Assembly (NCBI GenBank): GCA_951406725.2
Contig: OX597832.1
Coordinates: 40,796,001 to 40,860,000 of the forward strand
From: Octopus vulgaris
Taxonomy: Eukaryota
Direction: 5' to 3'
DNA length: 64,000 nucleotides
This document shows, piece after piece, positions 38,397-51,381 of this stretch (position 1 is its first letter; each line of letters starts with the position of its first letter). Under the pieces are notes generated by a model. It was not told the origin of the DNA. It ran no database searches and was given only the letters and a program-made list of their open reading frames with translations. Position numbers and translations under genes: made by a program.

Positions 38397-38959
38397 GTAA
38401 TTATTCTTTTTCTTCTCCTGTGTAACATTATGATTTCCATGAAGATATTGCTTTCCATCTACATTATAAATTCTGTGCATGTAACATGAAGGAATTTATT
38501 CTAAAATATGACAAAATATTGGGATCTAACACATTATGTTTACTTGAGTAATCCTGTGACTTGCTTGGAGTGGGACTGAGTTAACGCATCATTTAATGTA
38601 TGTGTGTGTGTCTTTCTGTCTGTGTTTGCCCTCTTCCCCTCCACTTGGCAACGGTGTTGGTTGGTTTGCATCCTTGAAGCTTAGTAGTTTGGCATAAGAG
38701 ACTGATAGAAGTACCAGGCATTAAAAATAAGTATTGAGGGTCAGCTCTGGATCGACCATTCAGCAAAATAAGCAGATGCACCACAGAAATGGTAACTATT
38801 TTGTGGCACCAAAGACATAATTTTAGACTTGCTAAAACTTCATTTCCCATTGCTCAAGTCCACTGAGCTGTAAATGGGTCACCCTGCAATGCACTGGCCT
38901 TCTGGCCAAAGGGTCTTGTTGGCTTCCTGCTTCGCCAAGTCAGGATAGTATCATATGAA

Positions 38960-39190
38960 GGCGGCGAGCTGGCAGAATCGTTAGCACACCGGGCGAAATG
39001 CGTAGCCGTATTTCGTCTGCCGTTACGTTCTGAGTTCAAATTCCACTGAGGTTGACTTCGCCTTTCATCCTTTCGGGGTCGATAAATTAAGGACCAGTTG
39101 TGCACTGGGGTCGATATAATCGACTTAATTCGTTTGTCTGTCCTTGTTCGTCCCCTCTGTGTTTAGCCCCTTGTGGGTAGTAAAGAAATA
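38960..39190 (+). mobile_element. SINE family B monomer (about 230 bp; other copies 12408-12637 minus, 18843-18988 minus, 55314-55487, 58333-58563)
   Basis: tRNA-like head ggcgagctggcagaa...gagttcaaattcc, central gcctttcatcctttcggggtcgataaa; 18-bp TSD aggatagtatcatatgaa. Confidence 0.88.
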
Positions 39191-39379
39191 GGATAGTATC
39201 ATATGAAAGGTACAACTATGTGAGGAGGTGCATTGTGACCAGCGGTGTATAACAATATGCATTAGTTGACTTGTTCACAGGCCCTGCAACTTAGCAGTTT
39301 GGCAAAAGGACAGATAGAATAAGTCAAGCAACAAACTTAAAAGATAAGTAATGGGGCTAGATTTGTGCGGCTGAACACT

Positions 39380-39608
39380 TTAATCATTTCGTGACCAACC
39401 TGGCTGAAACTGGCTCTGGCTCTGTAGTACAAACGTCTTGTTTTCATAAGTTCTTAATTAAAATCTTCCACCAAACCTTAGTCACAATTTATGTTCCTAA
39501 CACTAGCTTAATGATAACTAAGTTATTTTACCAAATTCTTTGTTATATTTAAAGTAATTGAAAGAAATACAGAGCATCTCAAAATAAATACAGTAACGAA
39601 AGGGTTAA
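39380..39608. mobile_element. piggyBac-like MITE, same family
   Basis: Near-identical interior, TTAA ends. Confidence 0.85.
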
Positions 39609-40162
39609 GATGGATCCCTAGCAGGGTACAGTCTAATAACTGAAACAAGTAAAAGATATGTATATTTGCTGATTGTTCCTTCTTGTCAGAAGAGTGTCAA
39701 TCACTTCATTGAACCTTTCATGACCTTACGTACACAGGCAGGTGGCTCTTCAGCTCAGCTTCCATTCTGCAAGTACATTCACAGACATAATACTTTAGCT
39801 GTCTGTCCCCTTGGCACCACTGGCTGAGTTGTCATGTGATTTTGTGCGCTTCTTTCAGGGGAGATAACTTTGTGAAGATATTTAAGAAATCACTTGAAAT
39901 ATTTTGTATATTTGTTTATAATTTGTTGAATGAAAACTTTATTTTAGTTGAAATTTTAGTTTTTGATTGTAAATGGATAATATAGTCTTATTAGTAGTTG
40001 CCTGAACAAAAGATGGAATGGTCTTGCCTTCAACATCTTTGATCATAAGTCTGCTTCATCAGGCTGAACAGGAGTTAGACAATAAAACAACCTTCGAATA
40101 AAGGTTTTGTAGAAATTGTTAGACGTTTGAAATTATATTATTTATATTTTCTGTGCTTTCAG

Positions 40163-40225
40163 TGTAATATATTAAATGAAAAGCTGGAAAGTTTACTGAA
40201 GACATTAAAAGATGAAGCTCTCATG
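40163..40225 (+). CDS. DGKH: DGK insert exon
   Basis: tttcag|...|gtaaga; CNILNEKLESLLKTLKDEALM, like C.VLNEKL..LL; phase 0-0. Confidence 0.9.
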
Positions 40226-41414
40226 GTAAGATCAGTTTATTCTTTACACTCCTCTCTCCTCATCTTCTTCTTTTCTGTCTATCATCTTTTAACATGTCAT
40301 ATTTAACATATAACATAAGGGTGTTAGGCTTATGATTGTAAAATTGCAGTTTTGATTTGGATTTTGGAATCTGGGCATAAAGATGAGTAATATGGGATAA
40401 ATGTATCATGATTAGAAATTTTGTTAGGGTGTGTAAAGAGGGAAAAAACCCTCATTAAAATTCTTCATCTGCAATTTTGTTGAAATTCGAATCATAAGTA
40501 TTCCAGTTATTTAGAAAATATAAAAGAAAAGTCTAATTCTTCAATTCCACGTGACACGTGCAATGGCGGGTATCTCTGCTAGTATGTATGTATATATATA
40601 TATATATCATCATCATCATCATTGTTTAACCTCCGTTTTCCATGCTGGCATGGGTTGGACTGTTCGACTGGGGTCTGGGATGCCAGAAGGCTACACCAGG
40701 CTCCAGTCTGATCTGGCAGTGTTTCTACAGCTTGATGCCCTTCCTAATGCCAACCACTCCAGGAGTGTAGTGGGTGCTTTTTTTTACGTGCCATTTCAAA
40801 AGCACTGAATGCACTATGTGGAGTGGTTGGTGTTAGGAAGGGCATCCACCCATAAAACCCCCTCTAAAACAGACACAGTAGCCTAGGGTAGTCTTCTACC
40901 TGGCCAGCTCTTGTCAACTGTCCTACCCATGCATGGAAGATGGACGTTAAACATTGATGATTTGGATGATATATATATGTATAAAGTTACCAACTATTAT
41001 ATGCTACAAATGCTGCGATTTCTCATGTTTGAAGGCTATGCTTCTCTAAGAAGTTAAATGTGTGGCTTCCATTGTATGGAAAAATAATTATTGACTGACT
41101 CTGTGATATTATATTTACAAAGAAATCACACACACGCATGCACACACACAATTATATATACTCATCAGGCTAAAGATACCTGGTGGATTATATATTTATA
41201 TATATATGTAAAATATATTTGTCTTTCCCTTCTTCCCTTTCTCCACCTCAATATCTATATTTAACATTCTTCTCTTTCTCCTCTCCCTCCTTCAACATAT
41301 ATTGAACCCTTGTCTCAGCCTTCTTCTTCTTCTTCTTCTTCTTTTTCTTCTTCTTCTCCTCCTCCTTCTTCTTCTTTTTCTTCTTCTGTAACTTTTATCT
41401 CCCTTCTGTTCCAG

Positions 41415-41528
41415 GTGTCTGCTCAAGAAGGCTGCTTTAAATGCACAAGTGATGATAAAGATGAAGCTAGCTCTCCTGAGAGGGATACAGTCCCAGGAGA
41501 GATCACTGGTATCAAGAGCACGAAAGGC
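41415..41528 (+). CDS. DGKH: DGK insert exon (low conservation)
   Basis: ttccag|...|gtaagg; open frame VSAQEGCFKCTSDDKDEASSPERDTVPGEITGIKSTKG; phase 0-0 fits neighbours. Confidence 0.8.
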
Positions 41529-41817
41529 GTAAGGGAATTTAAATATCTAAGCATCAAACTTCCAATTATTATTTGTTAATTACTTGAAACTTTAATCAAA
41601 TCTGCCATCCTCAAATCCAGTAACAATTACTAGTGTGTTGGTCCTTAAGCAAGACACTTTACTACTACAAGTATGTTTAACAAAGTTTTTATTGTTTATT
41701 ATTGTTACATGGCAGAATCAATAGAGTGCCTTGTGGTATTTAGTTATGTACTTTTATAATTTAAGTTCAAATCTCATTGCAGTTGATTTTTGCCTTTTGT
41801 CATCCCATGGTCCAAAG

Positions 41818-42587
41818 CAGGGGTTCTCAACTATTTTTTTGCCTATGTACCCCCTTTGATTACCATTTTACTCTGGTGGACCTTCATAACGATTTGATGT
41901 TTAGAAACTAGTTTTACTGATACTTCTTTGAAAATTCCTATTTTGGTCTTCACCCATTCACTTGTGTAGGTTTGCAATGGAACTCTCTGAGAAACCATGT
42001 TTCAGTGGCCAGAAACATGCTCCACTTTGTAAAACATGAAACAAAGAAAGCTAATTGTTTCATACGATAAATACATCTAAAGCAGTGGAGGCGCAATGGC
42101 CCAGTGGTTAGGGCAGCGGACTCGCGGTCGTAGGATCGCGGTTTTGATTCCCAGACCGGGCGTTGTGAGTGTTTATTGAGCGAAAACACCTAAAGCTCCA
42201 CGAGGCTCCGGCAGGGGATGGTGGTGATCCCTGCTGTACTCTTTCACCACAACTTTCTCTCACCCTTACTTCCTGTTTCTGTTGTACCTGTACTTCAAAG
42301 GGCCGGCCTTGTCACTCTCTGTGTCACACTGAATATCTCCGAGAACTACGTTAAGGGTACACGTGTCTGTGGAGTGCTCAGCCACTTACACGTTAATTTC
42401 ACGAGCAGGCTGTTCTGTTGATCGGATCAACCGGAACTCTCGTCGTCGTAACCAACGGAGTGCTTCCATCCACATCTAAAGCAAAATTTCTTCATGGACC
42501 CCTAAAATACTGCCATTGATTCTCGATTTTCTGTTTTGCTTGCTTCTCTTACCCCAATCTTATAGGGACCCCAGTTGAGAACCACTG
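41818..42587. mobile_element. hAT MITE, same TIRs, hosting a tRNA-derived SINE
   Basis: caggggttctcaac / gttgagaaccactg; degenerate 8-bp TSD gtccaaag/gtttaaag. Confidence 0.8.
42085..42471 (+). mobile_element. tRNA-derived SINE (family D; partial relatives at about 16090-16412 minus and 57725-58025)
   Basis: A-box tggcccagtgg, B-box-like ggttttgattccc; 12-bp TSD acatctaaagca at 42073-42084 and 42472-42483. Confidence 0.88.
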
Positions 42588-43288
42588 GTTTAAAGAATAA
42601 TTACCAGTCAAGTATTGGGGTTGATTTAATTAGTCACTGTTAACCCTGATATTTGTAATCTTAATGTAATTTAATGAAACACGATTAGGGCAATGCCTAG
42701 AATCAAGATGCCTTGAAATTAAATGAAACAAAGGCAAAAGTTTTAGCTTGAAGGAAAGAAGACAGGGCTCTTAGTCTGGGAAGAGGTCATAGGTCAAATA
42801 CAAATTAGGAGTCGGTAGACGTTTTATATGATGCACCAAATCTAATCTATAGGTATACAAGAGATACAGTGGGATCACAGGCAGGGTGGCAGAACAGGAG
42901 TGATTAGCGCTGAGAGCATCCATGAAATAAATATTTCAAATACTTAAAGGAATCATTAGGAATAGGTGATGGCTTCTGTTACCTAGGTAACCTAATTAGG
43001 CAAGGTCATCTTTACCCTTTACATCCAGAAACTCTGCCAAATCAAGATTGGAGCCTGGTGCAGCCATCTGGTTTGCCAGCCCTCAGTCAAAATCGTCCAA
43101 CCAATGCTAGCATGGAAAATGGACGTTAAACGACAATGATGATGATGATGATCCAGGGCCAATAAAGTAAAGTTTTACTCCAGCTTGGTTCACTGCAGTC
43201 AACTCACTTCTCTCCAATCTCCAAAATTGCAGGCCATGTGCCTAAATTAGAACTATTATTATTGTTGTATCATTTATATTTATTAAAG

Positions 43289-43376
43289 ATGATTTTCAAG
43301 CCACGAGAAGCTCTTATGTGTCGAGCAAACAGTCTGAAGAAAGCTATTCGACAGATTATTGAACACACTGAGAAAG
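43289..43376 (+). CDS. DGKH: DGK insert exon (RANSLKKA motif)
   Basis: aag|...|gtttgt; [29 protein letters not shown]; phase 0-1; acceptor could alternatively be at 43301. Confidence 0.9.
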
Positions 43377-43518
43377 GTTTGTACGCATTATTATCTGTCC
43401 TCCTTCATAATAAAATCTTTTATTCAATGTATATTTATGTGTATCATCAAAGGTTACAGAAATTGTGATCTAAAGCCCATACACGTTTCTCTAAGTGATA
43501 TTTGTATGTCTGTATATT

Positions 43519-43561
<43 letters not shown>

Positions 43562-43769
43562 AATAATAAAAGGGTAAAATTAATTAATTATTAATTATCA
43601 ATTTTACCAAGAAGTGTTCAGTATGTAAAAAGACCATTTACGGTATATTTAAAACATTACGTTATATAATTAGGGTTCAGTAAAATAATTTACTTTACCT
43701 CTCTAGTAGAGGAAAAAGCTAAAATTTTTTGGCTGCTATTTCTAAAAGTTTGGTGTGTGGTAAAGTAAA

Positions 43770-43830
<61 letters not shown>

Positions 43831-44283
43831 TGTATGTATACTTATAAGGCACAGGAGTGGCTGTGTAGTAAAAAGCTTGCTTCCCAACTACATGGTTTCG
43901 GGTTCAGTCCCACTGCATCGCACCTTGGGCAAGTGTCTTCTACTATAGCCTCAGGCCGACCAGAACCTTGTGAGTGGATTTGGTAGACAGAAACTGAAAA
44001 AAGAAATTGAAATAAGGTGGCAAGCTGGTAGAAATTTTAGCAGACTGGGCGAAATGCTCAGCAGTATTTCGTCTGCTGCTACGTTCTTAGTTCAAATTCC
44101 ACCAAGGTTGACACTGTGTGTGTGTGTGTGTATGTATGTGTGTATATATATTCACACACACACTTTCACATAATGAAATACTTAAATGGAACTGGTATAA
44201 CTTAATTTTTTTAAAAAAAGAAATTTTGTGTTGTGTTACATTTATATTGTGTTACATGTGTACTGTTACTTTTCGTATTGTAG

Positions 44284-44502
44284 CTGTCGATGAACAGAAT
44301 GCACAAACTGAATCGCAGTGTGGCCTTATTCAACCAGAAGCTGCACTGGACTCCAATATTCTCTGTGAGCAATCACAGCAGTTTCCCTCGTCCAATTCTG
44401 TGCAAGGTTTAGAAGTTTCACAGTCGGTGCCAACGTTTGCAGTCTACACATCTGAATCAAAGCCAGCTGCTAATGCACATCCAGCTCAGTTGAAACTTGC
44501 AG
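44284..44502 (+). CDS. DGKH: DGK insert exon
   Basis: ttgtag|...|gtaagt; (A)VDEQNAQTESQCGLIQ...AQLKLA; AVDEQNAQT matches DGKD; phase 1-1. Confidence 0.9.
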
Positions 44503-44969
44503 GTAAGTCTAGCCATGTCTTAGACTTTATTATTTTATTATGGTTTGTTACTGCATTGGAATCACTAATTTGTATTTTCCATCAATTTCATCATTCATCA
44601 TTCATCATTCCAATCATTTGATTATCATCATCATCATCACAACTGCTACTATTGCCACTCATCATTACTAATTAATAGTTTTGTATTAATCAACTACTAC
44701 TTTTTTTGTTTTTGCCATTACTGTTACGGTTAGGGTTAGGTTTAGTAAAATTCGAGATAAGAGCCCCATCAAAGACATTCCACATTCACCCACTGCAGCA
44801 CAGCCCTGTCTTATGCTGCCAGGTAAAACTGAACCTCTGACTGGCAGTGTCGATCTCCCTGTCTTTTCATCTCTCCTTTTTTCTCTTCTCTACATTTGTG
44901 CTTCACCAGTGTGAGTCACTTGGCTTGGTATCAATTTTCCGACAATAGAATAAATACAACATCAGCTGG

Positions 44970-45198
44970 TTTAACCCCTTAGCATTTAAACCAGCCATAT
45001 CCGGCCAAAATATTCTACCTACTTTGTGTTCAAATTGGCTAAATCTAGCTCCTCACACCTGCCCTACAATGTCATTTTAAAAATAAACTACCACATCATC
45101 AGAATCTTGAAGCTCCAAGATAATTCATGATTAATTCAAAACAATGTGAATAAATAAGCTTTGCATTTAACAGAATAATCTGAATGCTAAAGAGTTGA
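44970..45198. mobile_element. Second TTAA/CCC MITE family (related copies at about 7280-7655 and 20897-21430)
   Basis: ttaaccccttagcattt...aatgctaaagagttga termini; shared interior cctacaatgtcatt...gattaattcaaaacaatgtgaataaataagc. Confidence 0.7.
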
Positions 45199-45204
45199 AC
45201 TTTC

Positions 45205-45495
45205 CGGATTTTGCAGCTACAGGTGTAAAAACTAGCGAGGTAGTCATGCTTGACTACCTCATCCCATGTCTTCCTGGGTCTACCTCTCCCCCTGTTACCT
45301 TCAGCTGTTTGGGAGTGGCACTTCTACACACATCTCTCCTCATCCATCCGCAGTACATGACCATACCATCGCAAGCGTCGCTCTTGCACACCACATCTGA
45401 TGCTTCTTATGTCCAGCATTTCTCTCAGGGTGCTTACCCTCTGTCGTGCGCGCACACTGACATTACACATCCAGCGGATCATGCTAGCTTCATGA
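45205..45495 (-). mobile_element. RTE-type LINE fragment
   Basis: Minus strand reads EASMIRWMCNVS...QERRLRWYGHVLRMDEE...GRPRKTWDEVV. Confidence 0.78.
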
Positions 45496-46182
45496 AATTT
45501 CCTTGTAAAACTCTTAACACCTAGAAATGTTTGATATTCAGGAGGACATCAGGGTGTATAACATATGATGTCAGGATACTTAGGAGGACATCTGGATGTA
45601 AAACCTAAATGTTTTAACCTGAAAAATTTGTACACAAAAGGACTGTATCTTTACTACAATGTGGGGAGTTCAGTGTTTCATGGATCAATGGTCTTATGCA
45701 AGGTTTCAAATATTATCTGCTGTCTGACACTGAAATAATTGACTTTGAATTTTCATTTTAAACTCATTCAATTCATAAGATTAGATAATTTTTTTATTTT
45801 TATTGTGTTTAAAAAATTTTTTTTTTTCAAGTCTGGAAAGAATTTAGAAATTTTTGTTTTGGACACACTGAAACCGAAAAAGCTAACATCTCTGTGTACT
45901 GTGTTTTGGGAGTATCTCTAATGAGAATGTGTTTTCATTAAGACTGTTTTTAATGAGGATGATGTCTTTATGGAAACTGTGTCTTTAATGAAGCCTTATC
46001 TGTGTTTCTTATGAGGTTGTGTATCTAATATGGCTGTCTTAAATGAGGCTGTGTCCCTAATGAGACTGTTCTCTCAAACGAGATTCTGTTTCTAATGAGG
46101 CCATGCGAGATTGTCTTTAATGAGCTGAATATTTGTTTTTGAACATAATCTGTATTTCTTTATTATTTCCAACATTACGCAG

Positions 46183-46248
46183 TCTCCTGTTTTGATGTTT
46201 CTTCTGAAGCAAGTTCCAGCTGTCTCTGTGTCGAACCCTCGGGAGAAG
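46183..46248 (+). CDS. Candidate 66-nt in-frame cassette exon of DGK
   Basis: Pyrimidine tract + cgcag|...gaag|gtcagt; phase 1-1; open frame (V)SCFDVSSEASSSCLCVEPSGE; no homology evidence. Confidence 0.55.
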
Positions 46249-46345
46249 GTCAGTATCACAAAGTTCAAAATCCTTTTCATTTGTTGACTCCTTCTTACAC
46301 ACACACACTTGTACACATTTGAATTTATATATGGCAGAAAATGTA

Positions 46346-46385
<40 letters not shown>

Positions 46386-47396
46386 TATGTGTGTGTGTTT
46401 ATAAATTTGTTTGCAATTGAGGCTTCATTGCTACACAGTTTCCATTAAACTCTGTGTAGCAGTGACACGAAGTCCCAACAATAATAATAATGATAATCAT
46501 AGACACTCTAAGCCTTTCGAGTCTTAACTAGATGTTCAGTTTCTGAGCAGGACCCAGGATCCACTTTTATTGATGTTATCAAGTGCTGTAGTATCTGTTA
46601 CGTTATGTCTCTTTGGTTGGAACCAAGTCCTATGATTCTGTCATCTTATCTCTCTCTTTCTTTCTCTTTCTTCTCCCCTTCTCTTTCTATCTCTGTCTAC
46701 TAATACAGTTTTTCCATTCTCTTTATAAACTCTAATAAAGTTGCCTCCCCCATTGAAGTGTTAATAGTGTATGGTGCCTATATATATATGTCAGAATTTT
46801 TTTGTCTATTTTTGTATATGGAAGTGTTTGGGGTATGGCATCGCTGGTGTTTTTCGTCTTTTTTATATTTCGTATACCAGGCAGTGTGCAGTGATTTGTT
46901 TATTCCACGGGTGATAAAAAACATGTTCCGGTGTACATGTTATGCAAGATTTTTTTTTTTTTTTTGTAGGGTGAGCTTAAAAACTGAGAGGGCCCGGTGT
47001 CTGAAAGGGATTTATAAGGAAATATTTAGAACTTTTGTATGTTTTTTTTTTGTCTGTGGCATTTACTGAGAATTAGCTGTAGTTTTAATTTGAAAGGAAA
47101 TCTAACGAGACTTTATCTAAGGTGTGCTGAATGTTGTTGTTGTTAATGTTGCTGTTTTTATTTTGTTTTTTACTGTCCCTATTAACGAATGGTGACCGGT
47201 CCACGTTTTCAAACAGCACCTTAGCAGCTGTATGAAAAAAACAAATTGTTTTAAAAGCCTTATATAATTAAATTTGGTGCTGTTGACAGTTAACACAGTA
47301 AAGAAAATGAAAAATATTAACTTAAGGTTGATGTATTCTGTTGAACAAATTGCTGGTAAACATATATGTCACATAGGGTGCTGTTCTGTCTTTCAG

Positions 47397-47564
47397 AATA
47401 TTCCAGGTCACCTCGAGGGCCAGCCACTCGGCGTATCAGCAGTATGAGCATGTTCAACAAGTCGCACAGTGTTGGCTCAAATCTTAGTAAAATTCGGGAT
47501 AAGAGCCCCATCAAAGACATTCCACATTCACCCACTGCAGCACAGCCCTGTCTTATGCTGCCAG
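47397..47564 (+). CDS. DGKH: DGK insert exon (Ser/Arg-rich)
   Basis: tttcag|...|gtaaaa; (E)YSRSPRGPATRRISSMSMFNKSHSVGSNLSKIRDKSPIKDIPHSPTAAQPCLMLP; phase 1-1; the ..LPG end joins the next exon. Confidence 0.8.
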
Positions 47565-49625
47565 GTAAAACTGAACTTCTGACTGACGGTGTCAATCTCC
47601 CTATCTTTTCATCTCTCCTTTTTTCTCTTCTCTCTCTCTCTTTTTTTTTTTAACCTTGTTGCTAGTTTTCTTATATCTTCTATCACTCCCATTTCTTGTT
47701 CACCTCCTCTTTTGCTACAATGTTTATGGATTCCTAGGTGTAAATAAACATTGTTGGAAATAAAAAAGAAACCAGAGACATCTGGTTCCTTCTAGACAAT
47801 ACTCCTATTTTAGTAGGGTAGAATGGACTGGGACAGAATTTTGTTAAAAGCAATCTAGGATAGATTGAGTAGACCTGTTAATGGTTTGGGAATGTTGACG
47901 AAGAAACCTTTATGTAGTGAGGACTTCTAAAGTGACTCTTTCAGTTCATTAGTTACATATAATAATGAGTTTAATATACATTTAATATACATATATATAA
48001 ACAAGGAAACATTTGGAGAAAATAAGGATTAAGAACCAAGAAACTTTGAGATGTAGTCTAAGAAAATTGGAAGGAACTATTTCCACTGATTTCAGTCAAC
48101 CAAATTATAAATATCTATATGGGAGATGGACGCTAAATGATGAATGGTTGATTGTTTGTTTGTTTGTATGTATGTATGTGTGTGTTTCAGTTTTAGTCTA
48201 AGATTATGCAATCCTGTATCTGAGCTGATACTGTAGACAGCGTTTCCAGTAACAAGTATTGACAGCAGACAATATCATTTAAACGTGAAGATAATGGTAT
48301 GTCACCATAGCACTTTAAGAGAACCTTGATGCTTGTCCATATTTCCAATGGAAATTTGTCTTTGCTCTACCATGATCCTAATATATCTTGGAAACAGACC
48401 TATGGAGACTGGACATGTTAAATTACTTACAAAGAAATCAATGGCTGACTGTATTTGTTAAATTTCTAATGAATCTTTTAGGGGTTTGTATTTAGTATAT
48501 TTCTTATAAATAGGTCTCTGGGAATGGTATTGTTACTTGACACAGTTTCCCTGAGTTTTGCATACATTTCAGTTTTGTATTTTTCGGAGGAACAGTCTTG
48601 TCTTCCCATCACTATTTTTATATTTTTGTGTTTCTTGTGTGTTTTGAAACCAAGCATCTTTTTCTCTGATTGTTTGATTTTCTTCTTCTTCTTCCTCTTC
48701 TTCTTCTTCTGTAACCATCTTGTCATTTAGACATTGACCTCTGAATGCAAATTGTGCTTTTTGTCAGTGTTGTTGTTGTTGCTGCATAATTAATTCTGTC
48801 TTAAACTCTAAACCATACTGTTAATTTTTTTTTATCCTTTTTTCATTTTGTTGGCCCCTATTGCCTTTTTTTTAATCTTCAGCTGCACTTAGAAAATATT
48901 TCTTCTAAAATTTCATATAATCTTAACTTGACTAATAAAGTCTTTCTCTCCAAAGCTTTTGGAATTTAAGTCAATCACTAACTTTTCTGAAGATTTTCTT
49001 GTAAAATACATTTCATCTGGTCCCCTTTGTCTGATAAGGCTCTGTGTCTAATTATGTCAAAAAAAAAAAAATTCCCTTAAGTATAACTTTGTTGAGTTAA
49101 AGCACTACTTCTCAGATGTGAGATTGTTTGTTTAATCACTGAGATTTTATTGAATATCTTTAATTTGGAGTAGGTTTGTTTTTTTCTTAAACCAAAATTT
49201 TCAGTTTTTTGATGAGTAAAAAGAAATTAAAGCCCTTTAAATCCATTTGTTATTGTGCATGGGTCAAGAAGAACATCTTACCAATTTTGTCACATTAAAG
49301 CATGTATCATTTGAATTGCTTTCTGTCTATGATTCATTCTCCATCTCAAAAAAAAACTATAATATCATCATTTCTTTGTACTGAAATATATATTTTATTG
49401 AGAAGAAGAACAAAGAGAGTTTCAGTAAACTCATTTCACAAAATAAATGGTAAATGTTAATTTTGGAAGAAGATAATACGGAAGTGGAGGAATGAAAACA
49501 ACAGTTCAAAGATTAAAGAATTTCTATCCATTCAATGTACAACTATTGTCTTTTGCTACAATTTGAGTTATTAACCTTATTCACTACAAGTGAGTTCAGC
49601 TACAAATTGGTACCAAACAAGCCTG

Positions 49626-50046
49626 AGGCGGTGAGCTGGCAGAAACGTTAGCACGCCGGGCGAAATGCGTAGCCGTATTTCGTCTGCCGTTACGTTCTGA
49701 GTTCAAATTCTGCCGAGGTCGACTTTGCCTTTCATCCTTTCGGGATCGATAAATTAAGTACCAGTTACGCACTGGGGGTCGATATAATCAACTTAATCCA
49801 TTTGTCTGTCCTTGTTTGTCCCCTCTGTGTTTAGCCCCTTGTGGGTAGTAAAGAAATAGGTATTTCGTCTGCCGTAACGTTCTGAGTTCAAATTCCGCCG
49901 AGGTCGACTTTGCCTTTCACCCTTTCGGTGTCGATTAAATAAGTACCAGTTACGCACTGGGGTCGATATAATCGACTTAATCCCTTTGTCTGTCCTTGTT
50001 TGTCCCCTCTGTGTTTAGCCCCTTGTGGGTAATAAAGAAATAGGTG
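49626..50046 (+). mobile_element. SINE family B head-to-tail dimer
   Basis: One head plus two body units of about 183 bp; single TSD ccaaacaagcctg at 49613-49625 and 50047-50059. Confidence 0.88.
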
Positions 50047-50729
50047 CCAAACAAGCCTGTCTTTCATCTTTTTGTAACCCTGTATCTTATTGCCTGGGTT
50101 AGAGATGTTGTGTAGATTGGGTACAGGGATGTTGTGCGTGTTTGATAAGGGTATATGGGTTCAATATTGGAATATTGTATGATTCGGGTACAAGGATGTT
50201 GTGTGTGGCTCAAGGCCCATGGATGAAACTAGATAAATCTTCCAGGTTTATCAAATGATGAAGCTTCATTCACATTTTAATGAAAGGTAACTTTTCAGAA
50301 TAACCCTCGTGTGCAGGGGCAGTCAACAATATTGTCTTTGTTTCACATGGAGTTTTAACCTTTTAGCATATGCCACCAAACAAACCAAAATTGAAAAAGG
50401 CAGTCATCTTTGAATTTGATGGATAATCATAACTGTGTGTGTGTATTTGTATGTGTATGTGTGTGTATATATATGTGCATATATATATTTGTGTGTATAT
50501 ATATGTGTGTGTGTATAATTATGTGTGTGTGTAAATTTATTCAATAAAATCGCCATTATATATATATATATAAAATTAAAATCCATTACAAGGAAAACGG
50601 TCTCCTGTATAGGGGGATGGAAACATCCAACTTTTCACTGGTTTGGTGGGTTAATACCCAATATAGCAGGGGAAAAAAATTTTCCACAATTCAAATGGGT
50701 AATTTATTCAATATACAAAACTGAAAAGA

Positions 50730-51381
50730 AAATGGAGATTTATGATTGACATATTTTAATTTATTAACATAACATTATATTATTATTATTATAATGTAAT
50801 ATAATATAAATGTAAATATTATAATCCTACAATTCTTTTGATTCAGACCCAATAATATATTTTTAAAAATTCATGTTTTTGCGTAAGAATCTCACCAGTG
50901 AAATATTTAAAAATATGAACCCATAAAAATTATAAACACATTGATTTAAAATTACTTTCATTGGAAAAATAAGTAACTTTTTGATCATTAATTTATTTAT
51001 TTTATGTACAAATTAGTATAGATAATAAATAATAGTAATTTTTATAAAATTGTTTAATATTGGTGTATTTAGAATAAACAAACTTTTGAATAAATAGTTA
51101 ATTCAGGGATTTTAAAAATGACTTGAGTAAATTTCTGTTAAATTATATAATTATGTCATTATGATAATATGTATTTATGGCTTTATTTTTTTTTTTTGGA
51201 AAGTTGTTTTCTTAATAAAACTATGTGATTTTCAATTTTGATTGCATTTTTAGTATGGGTAATTATAAATAATGAATCGAAACAATTGTATAATATTTAT
51301 ATTTATATTACATTATATTATATTATAATAATATAATATTACATTAATAAATTAAAATATATCAATTATAAATCTCCATTT
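50730..51381. repeat. AT-rich element with terminal inverted repeats of about 110 bp
   Basis: aaatggagatttatgattga.. / ..tcaattataaatctccattt. Confidence 0.8.

Noticed and set aside
42085-42165. Possible tRNA gene (also 25862-25930)
   Set aside because: No complete cloverleaf or Pol III terminator; continues into a repeat body, and the 42085 copy is flanked by a TSD, so these are SINE-type heads
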